Positions 1 to 23,851 of a stretch of 64,000 nt of DNA are shown here, one piece after another. The notes beneath the pieces were generated by a model, which worked only from the letters and a program-made list of their open reading frames with translations, made no database searches and had not been told where the DNA came from. Position 1 is the first letter of the stretch, and each line of letters opens with the position of its first letter. This stretch comes from Chrysomallon squamiferum (taxonomy: Eukaryota > Animalia > Mollusca): assembly GCA_012295275.1 (NCBI GenBank), contig CM022678.1, positions 6,324,001 to 6,388,000 on the forward strand. Reading direction: 5' to 3'. The translations under genes and the position numbers were made by a program.

Positions 1-197
1 TGTAGTCAAGAAATGATTTTCATTCAATAAATTGTATATTTGTTTTTGGTGAATTTACATAAAAATATCAAATATAGTTGCTAAATCTGATTATACCATT
101 TATTATATTGATTGGGATTGACTGGGATGTTTTTTTTACAATTTTTACATTTCATATAATTATATTTATAGTGACAAATTTTATTTTATATTTTTAG

Positions 198-1486
198 GTT
201 CTACTGGAGCAACAGGTAAATGATTAAACGTAAAAAGCAATAAAAATACAAAAATAAGATATTAAATAACCTTTTCTTTGAGTCGTTTTATTTTTGCCTA
301 TTTCTACTAAAATATGTTTAATATTCCTCAACTGAACTGTTTTTTTATATTTTTTTGTGTTTTTTTCTTTTTGATAGGAAAATGTGGTTAGTTGTCTTCC
401 AGTAAACACATAAACAATTTTTATTAGTTTTTAATCAAAGAAATTTTTCTTTTGCTTATTTTTAATAAAATATATTTAATATTCCTCAATTTGATTCATA
501 ATTTCATTTTATGTTTATTCTACTATTAGTGTCTTTTTGTGTACCATCTTCCAGAAAATGTTTAAATAATGTTTACTGTATTGAAATTATATATAAATCT
601 AAAACACAAACAAATTCTAAAAAGTAATATTATTTATACCTCTCTTCTTTTTAACACTTTTACATTTCATATGACTATATTTATTGTTATTTTACATTTT
701 TCAGGTTCATCTCCAACATCATGTAAGTTATTAGATAAAAAATAAAATAAAATAAAAATAAAAATAAATAAATAAGAAATACAAAAATAGATATACGTAT
801 CTTAATAATCCTTTCTAAGAAACGAGCTATTTTTTAAACTGTTTTTACATTTCATATAATAATATTTACACTAAATAAATGTATTACTGTTGTTGCTGTT
901 GTTGTTATTATTATTATTATTCTTATTATATACATGTCTGTATTTTCTGAATAAATAATAAATACATTTATTTTATGATTAAATCCTTTTTTAAATCCTT
1001 TTTTTTTTTTTTTTTTTTTTTTTTAGTTTCGTCAGGGTCAACAGGTATATTATTATTTATTATTATTATTATTATACAAGCGATAAAAAGACTACAGATA
1101 GACAGATAGATAGAGAGATAGACAGATATATTAATTGATATATAGATAAGTAACCTATTCTCAGAAAGGTTTTGTAATTGCTTTGTTCTAATAAAATATC
1201 TTTAATATTCGTCAAGTTGATTAATAACTTTAGAATTTCATATTCTATTGCGGTCACTTCCAAATAGCATTATTTCATTAAAGAATTAAATAAAGTTTAA
1301 AATCTGCAAATTATATAAAAATCTAAAACACAATAAAATGACATGATTAAGTAAGATATGCGTTTCAAAATAAATTACTTATACTTCTCTTCTTTAAAGT
1401 ATATAATTTATAGTTTTCATGCAGTTATATTTATTTTATTATTATTTCTTTTTTAAAGGTTCATCAGGAACATCAGGTACATTATG

Positions 1487-1536
<50 letters not shown>

Positions 1537-2424
1537 CATGAATATCAACAGGTTAATTATTACATATATAAAGCAGCAAAGAATACAAGTTAGATACATC
1601 TGTTCTGTGAATGATTTCGTTATAACTCCTTTCTGAAACAATATGTTTAATATTCCTCAGTTTGAGTAATAATTTTATTCTATTTGTATTTTGTTGCAGC
1701 ATCTTCTGGCACTTCCGGCACTTCCGGTAAGTATTTAAAACAAATTCAATGTCTTTATATTATTTATATATAAAACTCTAAAACATTAAAATTCATAATT
1801 AATTAAATGAAGCATACTTATTAAAAAGAAGATTAAAAAAAAAAAAACGTCAAAAGCCCCCCCCAAAACACCCAAAAAGAACAAAAAAACCCACCACGTT
1901 ATGTTAGTTTTAAGAAAATATTTTTATTTTTTTCCAGCATTTACAAATATTAAAACAATTTATGTAGTCTTGAAATTATATAAAAATCTAAAACAACATT
2001 AATATTTTATAATTAATTAAGAAAAAACAAAGTATTTAACTTTATTCAGATTTGTTTGGAACAAGATGTAAATTATTAGATATAAAAAGTATCATAGAAT
2101 ACAAATACAAATATATCTTTTTATTGAAACTTTTCTTTTGTTTATTTATACTAATAAAATATATTTAATATTCCTATATTAATAATTTCATTCTATTTTT
2201 ATTCTACTATTAGTGTCCTTCTTGTGTGCGATCTTCGAGCAAATGCTTAAACATTTTTTTATTGTGTTGAAATTATTTAATATAAATCTAAAACACAAAC
2301 AAATTCTATAAAGTAATATTATTTATGTCTTTGTTATTTTTAACAATTTCTATGTTTCATATGTCTATATTTGTGGTTATTTTATCTTTTCAGGTACATC
2401 CGGAACAACAGGTAACTCATTATA

Positions 2425-2507
<83 letters not shown>

Positions 2508-4447
2508 ACAAGAAGATTGGAATAGTATTTATTAAATACAAATTTCAGCCAAAACATATTTTCAAGCTTCTAGAGGAACAACAGATCAAAATAAATTTTC
2601 AATTACTACATTTCTCATTTTTATAAATTTTAAATCGTTCATTAATTTTATATCAGAATTACGATTGGAAATAAAAGTATATGAAACGTTGAATGATCTT
2701 ATAACTTAAGAACAGTTTCTTAGAATAATGCAGTTTAAAATAGAATCATTTAAACGTTGGTTTTTATAACACTTTTTACATTTTATAGTGAATTGTCCTT
2801 TTTCTTAGAATGTGTTTAATAATGTCCTTTTTCCTAGAATGGCTTTGAATGTGTTTAATAATGTCCTTTTTCTTAGAATGGCTTTGAATGTGTTTAATAA
2901 TGTCCTTTTTCTTAAAATGGCTTTGAATGTGTTTAATATTCTTGAGTTTGATTAATAATTTTATTCTATTTGTATTTTTTTATTATTTTGTTGTAGGATC
3001 CTCCGGCACTACGTTTTCCAGTAAGTACTGAAACAATTTTAACGTTATGAACTTATTTATATTTATTTATACATATATAAAACATACTAAAATTTCATAA
3101 TCAGTTAAATAATGCAGTATATAAAATAATCATTAACTAGAAGTTTGAGCAGAAACATTTTACATCAGTTCTAACAAAGATTCACAAAAGTGGTGTTCCA
3201 CTATTCCTTTTTTTAAAAATTCTGGAGAAGTAACAGTTGAAACAGAATTATTTAATTAATTTTGTGCCATGATAAAATGCGTTAATTTTTCTCTTTTTTA
3301 TGAACACGGAATGCTATAAAATTCAGCGTCTATTTTATTTAGTTAATTATTTATTGAACAAAAAGTGGAAACACAAAATGAATTTAACGAAATATATATT
3401 TTTTTCAAAAATTATTTTATTTTATTTCACTATATTTACTATTAAAATTTCAAATAAATCGATAAATATATATATATATATATTTGTTTTCATCCAGAGA
3501 GACGTTATCGTAACATCAGAATATCAGTTACAAAATAAATAAACGCAAACTCATATTAAAGAAGTATAAAATTGGCTTTAAATGACCAGGCTTCATTGAA
3601 AAGCACACTCACTCAGACACATATATTAAGATTACTAAACAGAATTACTTGTTATCATTTTATCAAAGTTGCTCGGTGTCTCTGTATCACTGTTTCAAAC
3701 TAAATGATACGAATACATTTATTGGCAGTAAATTTGATCACTGTATTACAAAGGAAAGCAAAAGTTTATGAAACGCTGAGTGATCTTACGATTTAGGAAA
3801 TGTTTCTTAGAATATGGAATTTAAAATAGCATTATTTAAAGGATGTTACCAACAGCAGTTTTTATGTTTCATATAGTAATATTTTAACATATAAAATGTT
3901 AATTATTAGATATATAAAGCAGCAAAGAATACAAACTTAGATACGCCTGTTTAGTGAAATATCCATTTTCTTAGAATGATTTTGAATATGATTATTATTC
4001 CTCAATTTCGTTAATAATTTTATTCTATTTGTATTTCTCAGCATATTTTCCCGGTAAGTATTGAAACATTTTTAGTGTCTTCAGACTTTTTTTCACCATT
4101 AATTTTATATCATAATAAAATACAGTGAATATATATATATATATGTTAGAAATGAATCATATAAAATTTAACAGCTATCTGTAATGATATCACAATGGAA
4201 TGAATTAATCTGAAGAAATACAAATGTCAGATATCCATGCATTTTTTTTCTGAAAGTAATTTTTTTTTGTTTTATTTCTTTTTTGTATTGTGTTTGGTTT
4301 CTTTTTCTTTCTTTCTTTCTTTCTTTCTTACTATTATTTATTATTTATTTATTTATTTATTTTGTTATGGTACATCAAAACTTATTATTATTTTTTTTTT
4401 TATAAATATTAATTAATTATTTTATCCGTTTTACAGGAGCACCTTAA
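198..4447 (+). CDS. Micro-exon gene A (5' part outside window): Ser/Gly/Thr-rich low-complexity protein, probably secreted
   Basis: Phase-1 exons, each with a pyrimidine tract+AG and a GT donor: 198-215, 705-722, 1027-1044, 1459-1476 (18 nt), 1700-1726 (27), 2394-2411 (18), 2997-3020 (24), 4042-4053 (12), 4437-4454 (stop TAA 4445-4447). Spliced: xSTGAT-GSSPTS-FSSGST-GSSGTS-ASSGTSGTS-GTSGTT-GSSGTTFS-TYFP-GAP*. Near-identical to gene B on the opposite strand. Confidence 0.75.
2794..2938. repeat. Short 39-bp tandem repeat (~3.5 copies) in an intron of gene A
   Basis: Unit aatgtcctttttc(c/t)tagaatggctttgaatgtgtttaat starting at 2821 and 2860, with further copies on each side. Confidence 0.8.
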
Positions 4448-5155
4448 TTTTGCTGTAAGTATATTTTGTATTGGTAATTTATTTTTCTATTTGTATTTTA
4501 ATGTGTTTGTAGAAAACAAAACAGACTTGACGTTGCCTGTCATAACGGTATAAATAATTTTAAAAAAATCAACACCGAAAAAAAAAAAAAAAAAAAAAAA
4601 AAAATGAAAGAAAAAAAACTAACTAGACACTGTTTTAGTAAGAGTAATAGTGTTACTAGGAGTAGTAGTAAGAGTAGCTGAAGTAGCAGCAGTACCTCTA
4701 GTAGTAGTGGTAGTATTAGTAGTACTAGTACTAATCGTATTATTAGTAATACTACTAATCTTTGTCCATTAAAGGACGTTATGAGGAAATCCTAATTTTC
4801 TTGTCATTGGACTAACAGTAGTGACATTATCGTAACATCAGTAAATCAATTTAAAAATAAACTCAAACTGACATTCAAATAATATAACATTTGTTACAAT
4901 ATTTGCTCATTACTAATACTAGTAATCTTTAAATTAATCTTTGTCCACTAAAGGACGTTACTGGGAAATCCTAATTCTTTTGTCATTGGACTAACATAGC
5001 TGAACAGGTAGTTATTTATTTACATTTGTAAGAATTAATTAGATAAAATCATTTGATGTTGTTCTTAGCTATTGTTAAAGAAAAAAGTATTAAAACTGTC
5101 ATTTTTACTTTAAAATTAGCTTTTTACTTTTTCACTTACTTATTTATTTTTGCAG

Positions 5156-5290
5156 TCGAGTTGAAACCTGCCAAAACACGGAAATGACCAAATCTGCTGA
5201 AGACAACAACAACAACAACAACTGGAGCTCTAGAAATCTATGCATAATTAAAAAAATTATTCTTGAATAAAACAACATATTCCTTTATTC
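5156..5290 (+). other. Terminal non-coding (3'UTR) exon of micro-exon gene A with polyA signal
   Basis: Acceptor tttttgcag ends at 5155; AATAAA at 5266-5271 followed by a T-rich tract; homologous to the terminal exons of genes B and C. Confidence 0.65.
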
Positions 5291-5910
5291 TTTGAGTTCT
5301 GTTTTGTCTTTTACACAATTTTTTTTTTAATTTAAAATATTTATTTAATTATTTTTTATCAGTAAGAAATTTTATGTATTACAAGATGTATGTCATTAGA
5401 ATTACTGATGCAGTTATTAAAAAGTATTAATCAAAGAAGTGATATCATGAAATACGAGCATAAATATGCTCATCTTGGTTAACTTAATCAGTGGGTATTA
5501 CTTGTTTATTAAATGCAAAACTGGTTAATATTCTTTATTTATTTATTTGTTTGTCTGTTTGTTTATTTATTTATTATGATAATTATAAAATAAATAAGTA
5601 ACTAACTAAATGACTAAATAAATAATACGTATATGATAATCAACAGTGAATAAATCTGTCTATTAAACAATATAACTCAATCGTATTAGAATGCAGCCCT
5701 GTTTTAAAATGAATAAAATACTACTACTGCTGCTGCTACTACTACTACTACTACTACTAATAATAATAATAATAATTTTAAAAGCGTTCAGACAGTATAC
5801 AATAGATCAAACCATGATTGTTATTATTATTATTACCGTGTCCCCAGTAGGCAATTAGTCAGTTTGAGTTCGGCCACTTCGTTTTGTCGTCTGCAACAAT
5901 CTTTCCCAAA

Positions 5911-6023
<113 letters not shown>

Positions 6024-6765
6024 TTTTCGTGTTATCTGCCTTTATTAATTTAGCAGCACAACAACAAATGGACAAAACTTCTGGTAAAATGGTTTAACAC
6101 ATATTGTGTTGTAGGCAAAAAAAAATTTTAAAAAAAAATAATAATAATAAAAAAAATAATAATAATAAAAATAAAAAATAAATAAAAATAAAATACAGGA
6201 AAAGTAGGATCCATGTTGACTAGAAGGATGCACTTTACTTTACTGTTATACTAAAATGTAACACACCTAGTTTTTTTACACAATCCAGGTCAACCGGTCA
6301 TATATGTTAGATTCGTAAATTAATTCGCCACCATAATTTCATTTTTCTAAATTAATTATTAAATGAATAGACCATTATCAGTTCACTTATTGAATTAACA
6401 AACTGATAAATGGGAGGAATTGATTATATTTAATCACCAAAGATCTATAATTAATTTGATGTAAAGTATGACCCGAAACATTTTGCTTCGTAAAAATTTA
6501 ATTTTTGTTTGCTTTTCATATTTTTTTCTGGGAGCTTTAGGCTTCGACGGAAATGCTATCTGTTCCACCTGTTGTCGTTAGGCTCGTAATAATAAATATA
6601 AAATTAATTTCTGCGATTTTGCTTGAACAGTGTACAAAAATAAATGCATAAACATACAGCTTTTTCAAAAATAATTATCATTACACCTACGTATTAATTA
6701 ATCTATCACATAAAAATGCTCAGTTTATAATGGTCCAAATTACAATCCCGACAAATAGGCAATTA

Positions 6766-7044
6766 TTACGTCATATAATGGCTGGGTGACGTCATAAACG
6801 CTGCTTCCATTTGAAACCCCCCAAAAGACTGGATATCGATAAGAAGAGATTAAAAAATATATATATTTTATTTGAACGTAATGCATAAATATTATTTAGC
6901 ACAGTGTAATATTTATAATAGCAAAATACATTTATGAAAATGTATTTTTCTTGTTTTCATGGTGAGCGAAAGTCTGCTGAAATATTTCACGTATCTACGC
7001 GCCATTGAAAACTACTCACGCCATCTTGGTTTCTAATTACGTCA
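6766..7044 (+). promoter_or_regulatory. Candidate proximal promoter of the OATP gene with CRE/ATF-like and YY1-like motifs
   Basis: TTACGTCA 6766-6773, TGACGTCA 6787-6794, TTACGTCA 7037-7044, CGCCATCTT 7019-7027; locally CpG-richer than the flanks; 130-400 bp upstream of the ATG. Confidence 0.35.
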
Positions 7045-7170
7045 TTTTGAAGTGCAAAAAAAAAAAACAGAAGTTACAGTACTGTAAATTTCTTATTTCA
7101 AGTAGATAATATGTGTTCGTCGTCTTCTTCTCCTTCTTTTACATTTTCTTGTTGATTACGTGATTAAGCT

Positions 7171-16542
<9,372 letters not shown>

Positions 16543-17579
16543 ACGCGATCTGCGACTGGTCAGGGTATGAAGGAGTGACCAGTGGTCGTGGATATCGGAC
16601 ACACACACACACACACACAAAAAATGGGAATGTGTTTTGCAGTTAATCTCTGGTCCCTGTGGAAATGTATCATATTTAAACAGTTTCGATTTTTTATTTT
16701 TTTTTATTTTGTGCGTTTGTTTGTGTCAGAATGTGCGAGTGCGTGCGTATGTTTTTGTTTTTTTATGAGTGTGTGTGAGTGCGTGTGTGTGTGTGCGTGT
16801 GTTTTAATATGAGAGCGTATGAGTGCACGTGTGCGTGGGTAGAACTGTGAATGTGTGTGCATGCGTTTACCTTTTGAACGTTTTTGTGTAAAAATAATTA
16901 AATTCACGAACAAGCAACATATGTGAATATACTTGTCAAGCATATGTATCGGTAGGTTAGAATGAAATAATGATGACGAAAACAAATGGTAAGGAATGTT
17001 TAGAAACAACAACGGGTTAATGCAGGCAATCTGAATGAAATATCACCAGCAAAAAAAAAAAAAATGGAAGAGTAAGGCGAACAGAATCATTCTAATCAAA
17101 CAAGTAAATTACAAAAATAGCGTAGATTGTCTCAACGTTTTAAGCCAAGACATAATTATCAAGGTAACACCCCAGAAAAACAACACTAACACATAAACAA
17201 CACAAGCCGATGAACACATACGTAAACAATTCTCTAGAAAATAGAAGCTAATAAAAACACGAGTAAACAATTAGTAGAATATATAAGCCAATAAAAAAAA
17301 CAACAACGAGTAAACAGTTATCCAAAGAACACAAGCCAATGAACACATACGCAAAACAATTCTCTAGAAAATAGAAGCTAATAATAAAGGTATAAATAAT
17401 TACCAAAATAACACAAGCCAAAAAATAACAAAAAAAAACAACAATATAACAGTGAAATTATCCAGACAACACAAGACACTGAACTTACGAGTAAACAACA
17501 ATCACAGAAATAAACAGTTATCTAAACCACAAAAGCTAATAAATACAACTCATTGAAACATAAACAACTTTCAAAACAA

Positions 17580-19690
17580 TACAAGCCAATAAATACATGA
17601 GTAAACATTTGTCCAGTTGGTAGAACACAATAAATACATGAGTAAACCCTTGTCCAGACAGAAGAACACAATAAATACACGAGTAAACACTTGTCCAGAC
17701 AGCAGAACACAATAAATACAGGAGTAAACACTTGTCCAGACAGAAGAACACAATAAATACATGAGTAAACATTTGTCCAGTTGGTAGAACACAATAAATA
17801 CATGAGTAAACCCTTGTCCAGACAGCAGAACACAATAAATACACGAGTAAACACTTGTCCAGACAGCAGAACACAATAAATACAGGAGTAAACACTTGTC
17901 CAGACAGAAGAACACAATAAATCACAGAAACACTTGTCCAGACAGAAGAACACAATAAATACATGAGTAAACACTTGTCCAGACAACAGAACACAATAAA
18001 TACACGAGTAAACACTTGTACAGACAGAAGAACACAATACATACAGGAGTAAACACTTGTCCAGACAACAGAACACAATAAATATACGAGTAAACCCTTG
18101 TCCAGACAGCAGAACCCAATAAATACATGAGTAAACACTTGTCAAGACAGCAGAACACAATAAATACACGAGTAAACACTTGTCCAGACAGCAGAACACA
18201 ATAAATACACGAGTAAACACTTGTCAAGACAGCAAAACACAATAAATACACGAGTAAACACTTGTCCAGACAACAGAACACAATAAATACACGAGTAAAC
18301 CCTTGTCCAGACAGCAGAACCCAATAAATACATGAGTAAACCCTTGTCCAGACAGCAAATCACAATAAATACACGAGTAAACACTTGTCAAGATAGCAGA
18401 ACACAATAAATACACGAGTAAACCCTTGTCCAGACAGCAAATCACAATAAATACACGAGTAAACCCTTGTCCAGACAGCAAATCACAATAAATACACGAA
18501 TAAACCCTTGTCCGGACAACAGAACCCAATACATACACGAGAAAACACTTGTCAAGACAGAAGAACACAATAAATACACGAGTAAACACTTGTCCAGACA
18601 GAAGAACACAATAAATACACGAGTAAACACTTGTCCAGACAGAAGAACACAATAAATACACGAGTAAACACTTGTCCAGACAGAAGAACACAATAAATAC
18701 ATGAGTAAACACTTGTCCAGACAGAAGAACACAATAAATACAGGAGTAAACACTTGTCCAGACAGAAGAACACAATAAATACACGAGTAAACACTTGTCC
18801 AGACAGAAGAACACAATAAATACATGAGTAAACACTTGTCCAGACAACAGAACACAATAAATACACGAGTAAACACTTGTACAGACAGAAGAACACAATA
18901 CATACAGGAGTAAACACTTGTCCAGACAACAGAACACAATAAATATACGAGTAAACCCTTGTCCAGACAGCAGAACCCAATAAATACATGAGTAAACACT
19001 TGTCAAGACAGCAGAACACAATAAATACACGAGTAAACACTTGTCCAGACAGCAGAACACAATAAATACACGAGTAAACACTTGTCAAGACAGCAAAACA
19101 CAATAAATACACGAGTAAACACTTGTCCAGACAACAGAACACAATAAATACACGAGTAAACCCTTGTCCAGACAGCAGAACCCAATAAATACATGAGTAA
19201 ACCCTTGTCCAGACAGCAAATCACAATAAATACACGAGTAAACACTTGTCAAGATAGCAGAACACAATAAATACACGAGTAAACCCTTGTCCAGACAGCA
19301 GAACACAATAAATACACGAGTAAACACTTGTCAAGACAGCAGAACACAATAAATACACGAGTAAACACTTGTCCAGATAGCAGAACACAATAAATACACG
19401 AGTAAACCCTTGTACAGACAGCAGAACACAATAAATACACGAGTAAACACTTGTCAAGACAGCAGAACACAATAAATACACGAATAAACCCTTGTCCGGA
19501 CAACAGAACACAATAAATACACGAGTAAACCCTTGTCCAGACAACAGAACACAATAAATACACGAATAAACCCTTGTCCAGACAGCAGAACACAATACAT
19601 ACACGAGTAAACCCTTGTCCGGACAACAGAACACAATACATACACGAGAAAACACTTGTCAAGACAGCAGAACACAATAAATAGAGGAGT
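17580..19690. repeat. 41-bp minisatellite, ~50 copies, with degenerate flanks (~17150-17580 and ~19690-20150)
   Basis: Consensus acacaataaatacacgagtaaacacttgtccagacagcaga; internal 861-bp (21-unit) re-duplication. Confidence 0.95.
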
Positions 19691-20221
19691 AAGCAACTCT
19701 CAGTATAACGCAAGCCAATACACATATGACTAAAATGTTACACAGGCAACATAAGCTAACAATGAAACCAGTGAACAACTATCTAAACAGCTAAAATCGA
19801 ATAAACACACTTATCAAATATCCACGACAACACAAACCAGTGAATATAGAAGTAAACTGTTATCCAAATAACATAAAACACTAGAAGCACAACTATCTAA
19901 CACAAAACGCAAATAAATTATACGAGTAGAAAGTTACCCAGACATCACACGCTAATAAAGACAATTACTAAGCACTATTGCTAAGATGACTTAAAACACC
20001 AAAACCAGACACGTACAACTGTCACAGTAACCAAACTGTATCTATAAGTAACGAGTGACCTAATCAAAAATACAACTAAACAGTTGTTCATCTAATTAGA
20101 ACCAAAGTAAATATTTATCAAGATAACCTCAATAAACACCACAAACAGTTCCGAAGATAACTAAACAGGATGGGGCCTGTATAGCTCCCTTACAGGTATC
20201 AAGTAAATATAACCAAATAAA

Positions 20222-20334
<113 letters not shown>

Positions 20335-21092
20335 TTAATTATTAAATTTTTGTCACATACAACCCGTAACCTATACCATTCATAATAATATTTCATATAA
20401 ATGTTTTTAATATGACTGGTAAACATCTAACAGTTTTTTTATCTGTCAGAAAAAAACCGTAAATATGCACTCCGTGATCTCGTTATAAATAATTCTTATC
20501 ACGTAATAAACGACTTAATATTCATATCTGATACAAACATTTATGTATAGTTATTACAGAATGCTTTCAGAATATTTAAATGTGACTTTTTACAAGATAT
20601 TGACACAGGTGCTAAAATTGTGTAGACCTAGCTTATATTAGTCAATAATTAAATAAATTTGTAATAAATAAATAAATAAATAAAATAAAATAAAATAAAG
20701 TAAAATAATGGAAAAAAAATAATCAATAAAATTTAAGTAAATAAAGACAGAAAAATAAAGAAACAAAGAAATGAACAATTATGATAAAAAAAAATAATAA
20801 TAAAGAAAGAAAATATATAAATAAAATAAATATCAATAAAACAAGAAACAAACACAAACAAAAACAAAAACAAACATGCAGTCAAAAAAAAACAAATGAA
20901 TAAATAAATAAATAAGTAAATTTTAGAACAATACTGTGATGACTGCTATTAACGGCTGTTCAGTTTAAAACAAAATAAAATAAAATCTTACACGAGCAAG
21001 TAAATTTATTTTAGATTTTAAAGTAAGTTTATTTGGTAAAGTCAAAGTTCGTTGCATTCATGGCTTCTGTAAGGAAATACTGCAGACATCAT

Positions 21093-21163
21093 CTATGAAT
21101 CTGGAATAATATTGATATTTTTGTTGTTATTGTAACTGCACACTCATTTATCAATTCATCAGT

Positions 21164-21203
<40 letters not shown>

Positions 21204-23350
21204 ATATGTTGTTTGAATGTGTGTATATATACACTCAGAAAACACACACATTCAAAAATACATAGACACATACATACATGCACATATGCACGCATACATA
21301 CCCAGACACATATATATATACAAACATACATGTATACATACGTACATATACAAACACATATACATACGTACGTACATTGATTCACTACTACATACCTACT
21401 ACATACATATACAAATGCACAGACATATATACCTATGAACATACATACATACACACACACATACATTCACTCATACGTGCAACATACCTACTTACATATA
21501 TACACATACATACACACATACATTCACTCATACGTACATGCCTACTTACATACATGCACATCACATACATACACACATATGTACATACACACACATACAT
21601 ACACACATACAAACAAAAACAAACAAACATAACGTAACGTAAACAGGTGGGTGTAAAAAGATGATACCTGGACACTTTCTTTTCACCACGCACAGTTTCA
21701 CCTGGTAGTCGAAGACGCTCTGGTAGCAGCCTTCGTTCGACTGACAGTCTGGTATGCGGTGTCTCTCGCGCTGTCCCAGGCCGCAGGTTCGAGAGCACTT
21801 GCTGAACGAAGACCATTCGCCCCAGTGTATATCTATATCTGCTTTATAATGATAATTGATAATGATAATGATGATGATAATAATGATAATGATAATTGAT
21901 AATGATAATAATGACAATGATAATAATGATAATAATGATGATAATAATAATGATAATAATAATAATAATGATGATTATAATGATAATGATAATAATAATG
22001 ATAATGATAATTGATAATGATAATTGATAATGATAATGATAATGATAATGATGATAATAATAATAGTAATAATAATAATAACGATGATAATAATAATAGT
22101 AATAATAATGATGATGATAATAATATAGTAATAATAATGATAATGATAATGATAATAATGATTATGATGATAATAATAATGATAATAATGGTAGTAATAA
22201 TAATAATGATGATGATAGTAACGATAGCAATAATAATAATAATAATAATATAGTAATAATAATGATAACGATAATGATAATAATGATAATGATAATAATA
22301 ATAATGATAATGTAATAATAATAATGATGATGAATGATAATAATAATAATAATAATAAAATAATACTGATATTATAATAATATCAGCATAGAAACAGTCT
22401 ATAATAACAACAGCAGTCCGATAGTATTAAATAGCAATAATAGCAGCAGTAATAGTAATAATTGAGATCTGTTTTATAATATAATAATAATAATGACAAG
22501 AACAACAACAGCATAATAATAACAACAACAACAACTAAAATAACAGGTAGAAGCACAAGTTATAATAATAAGTAATGATGATGATTTTAGTAACGATAGT
22601 AATAATAATAATAATAATAATATAGTAATAATTGTATGATAACGATACTGGTGGTGGTGGTAATGTATCATAATATTTGCAGACAATGGTTATAGCAGAA
22701 TAAAATGCCTAATAATAACAATAATAATAATAATAATAATAATAACAACAATAATAATAATAATAATAATAACAACAACAACTAAAATAACAAAATAGCA
22801 GTAGTATTAGAAGTGATAACTGCATTAGGTTTGTGTGCGTAGTTGGTCTTCCATACTTTGTCTATGCGCATTTGACTAGTCAAGCAACTATCAAACTACG
22901 TGCATTAATAATATCTACTTTTCTCACCTGAATAATTTTGAATTAACTTACGGAAGATTATTAGTTCCAAACATTGTCGACGTAACGTGTGATATAATTA
23001 TAACTACTCTCTCTCTCTCTGCTACTTCTTATTTAACTCCATTCATGAAGAACAGAAAGGGGAAAAAAAAAAAAAAAAAAAAGAAATCATTAACTATAAT
23101 GATACCAACGTGATTTTTCATAGCGCTCTTTCCCATTTTTGTACTCCTCATATTCGTCCTCTTCCGTTACTAAATCGTTCGGATCGTCAAATTGAAAATC
23201 TTCGGCTTCGTCCGTGGATTCTTCTTCGGATGTTTCCGATGATTCGTCGTCGGAGACCACCGAAGCATTATCGTCGTTGTTGTCCTCCGTCAGCTGGTAG
23301 GCAGTTCCAAGAACGCAGAGCAATAGAATTACTTTTGTGAGGAAAGCCAT
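21093..23350 (-). CDS. Small secreted protein: signal peptide + Asp/Glu-rich region + single thrombospondin type-1 (TSP1) domain
   Basis: Exon 23350-~23106: MAFLTKVILLLCVLGTAYQ, then EDNNDD..DDESSETSEEESTDEAED; an AG lies directly before the ATG, so there is an upstream 5'UTR exon. Exon 21838-21668 (phase 1-1): HWGEWSSFSKCSRTCGLGQRERHR..C..C..C..C. Exon from 21100: D-S-stop (TAG 21095-21093); AATAAA at 21033-21028. The junction between the first two coding exons is unresolved (weak phase-1 donor, or a missing small exon). Confidence 0.8.
21850..22790. repeat. (AAT/GAT)n trinucleotide low-complexity tract in the TSP1-gene intron
   Basis: About 900 bp of mixed aat/gat/aac repeats. Confidence 0.85.
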
Positions 23351-23753
23351 CTACAAAATAAGAAAATAAAATAAAATAAAAATAAAAATAAATAAATAAA
23401 TAAATAATGATATTAACGAGCAGTCGATGAAACAGAAATACTTGCATTCAAAACTGAAAGGAACTGTGTAAATGTATTATCATTAAAATAGAAATATATT
23501 ACTGCTATTACTCTAATTATTGTTATTAATATGATTATCATCATCATCATCATCATTATTATTATTATTATTGTTGTTGTTGTTATATTATTATTATTAC
23601 TATTACTGCTTCTGCTAACGCTCCTACTACTACTGCTACTACGACTACTGCTGTTACTGCTGTCGTTGTTTCAGCATCAACAGAACCCACAGTAGAAATA
23701 TTCATTTTTTCCTTTTATATTTTATTTTAATATATTTTGTTAATAATAATCGT

Positions 23754-23851
<98 letters not shown>

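Noticed and set aside
2567-2584. Additional gene A micro-exon CTTCTAGAGGAACAACAG
   Set aside because: Followed by AT rather than GT; treated as a fossil exon (a similar relic lies at ~40550-40566).
17580-19690. CRISPR-like regular repeat array
   Set aside because: Units are contiguous with no unique spacers; the context is eukaryotic and there are no cas genes.
17522-19725. Long Cys/Val/Leu-rich ORFs on the minus strand (up to 285 aa)
   Set aside because: Open in all three frames as a by-product of the 41-bp minisatellite; no splice or start context.
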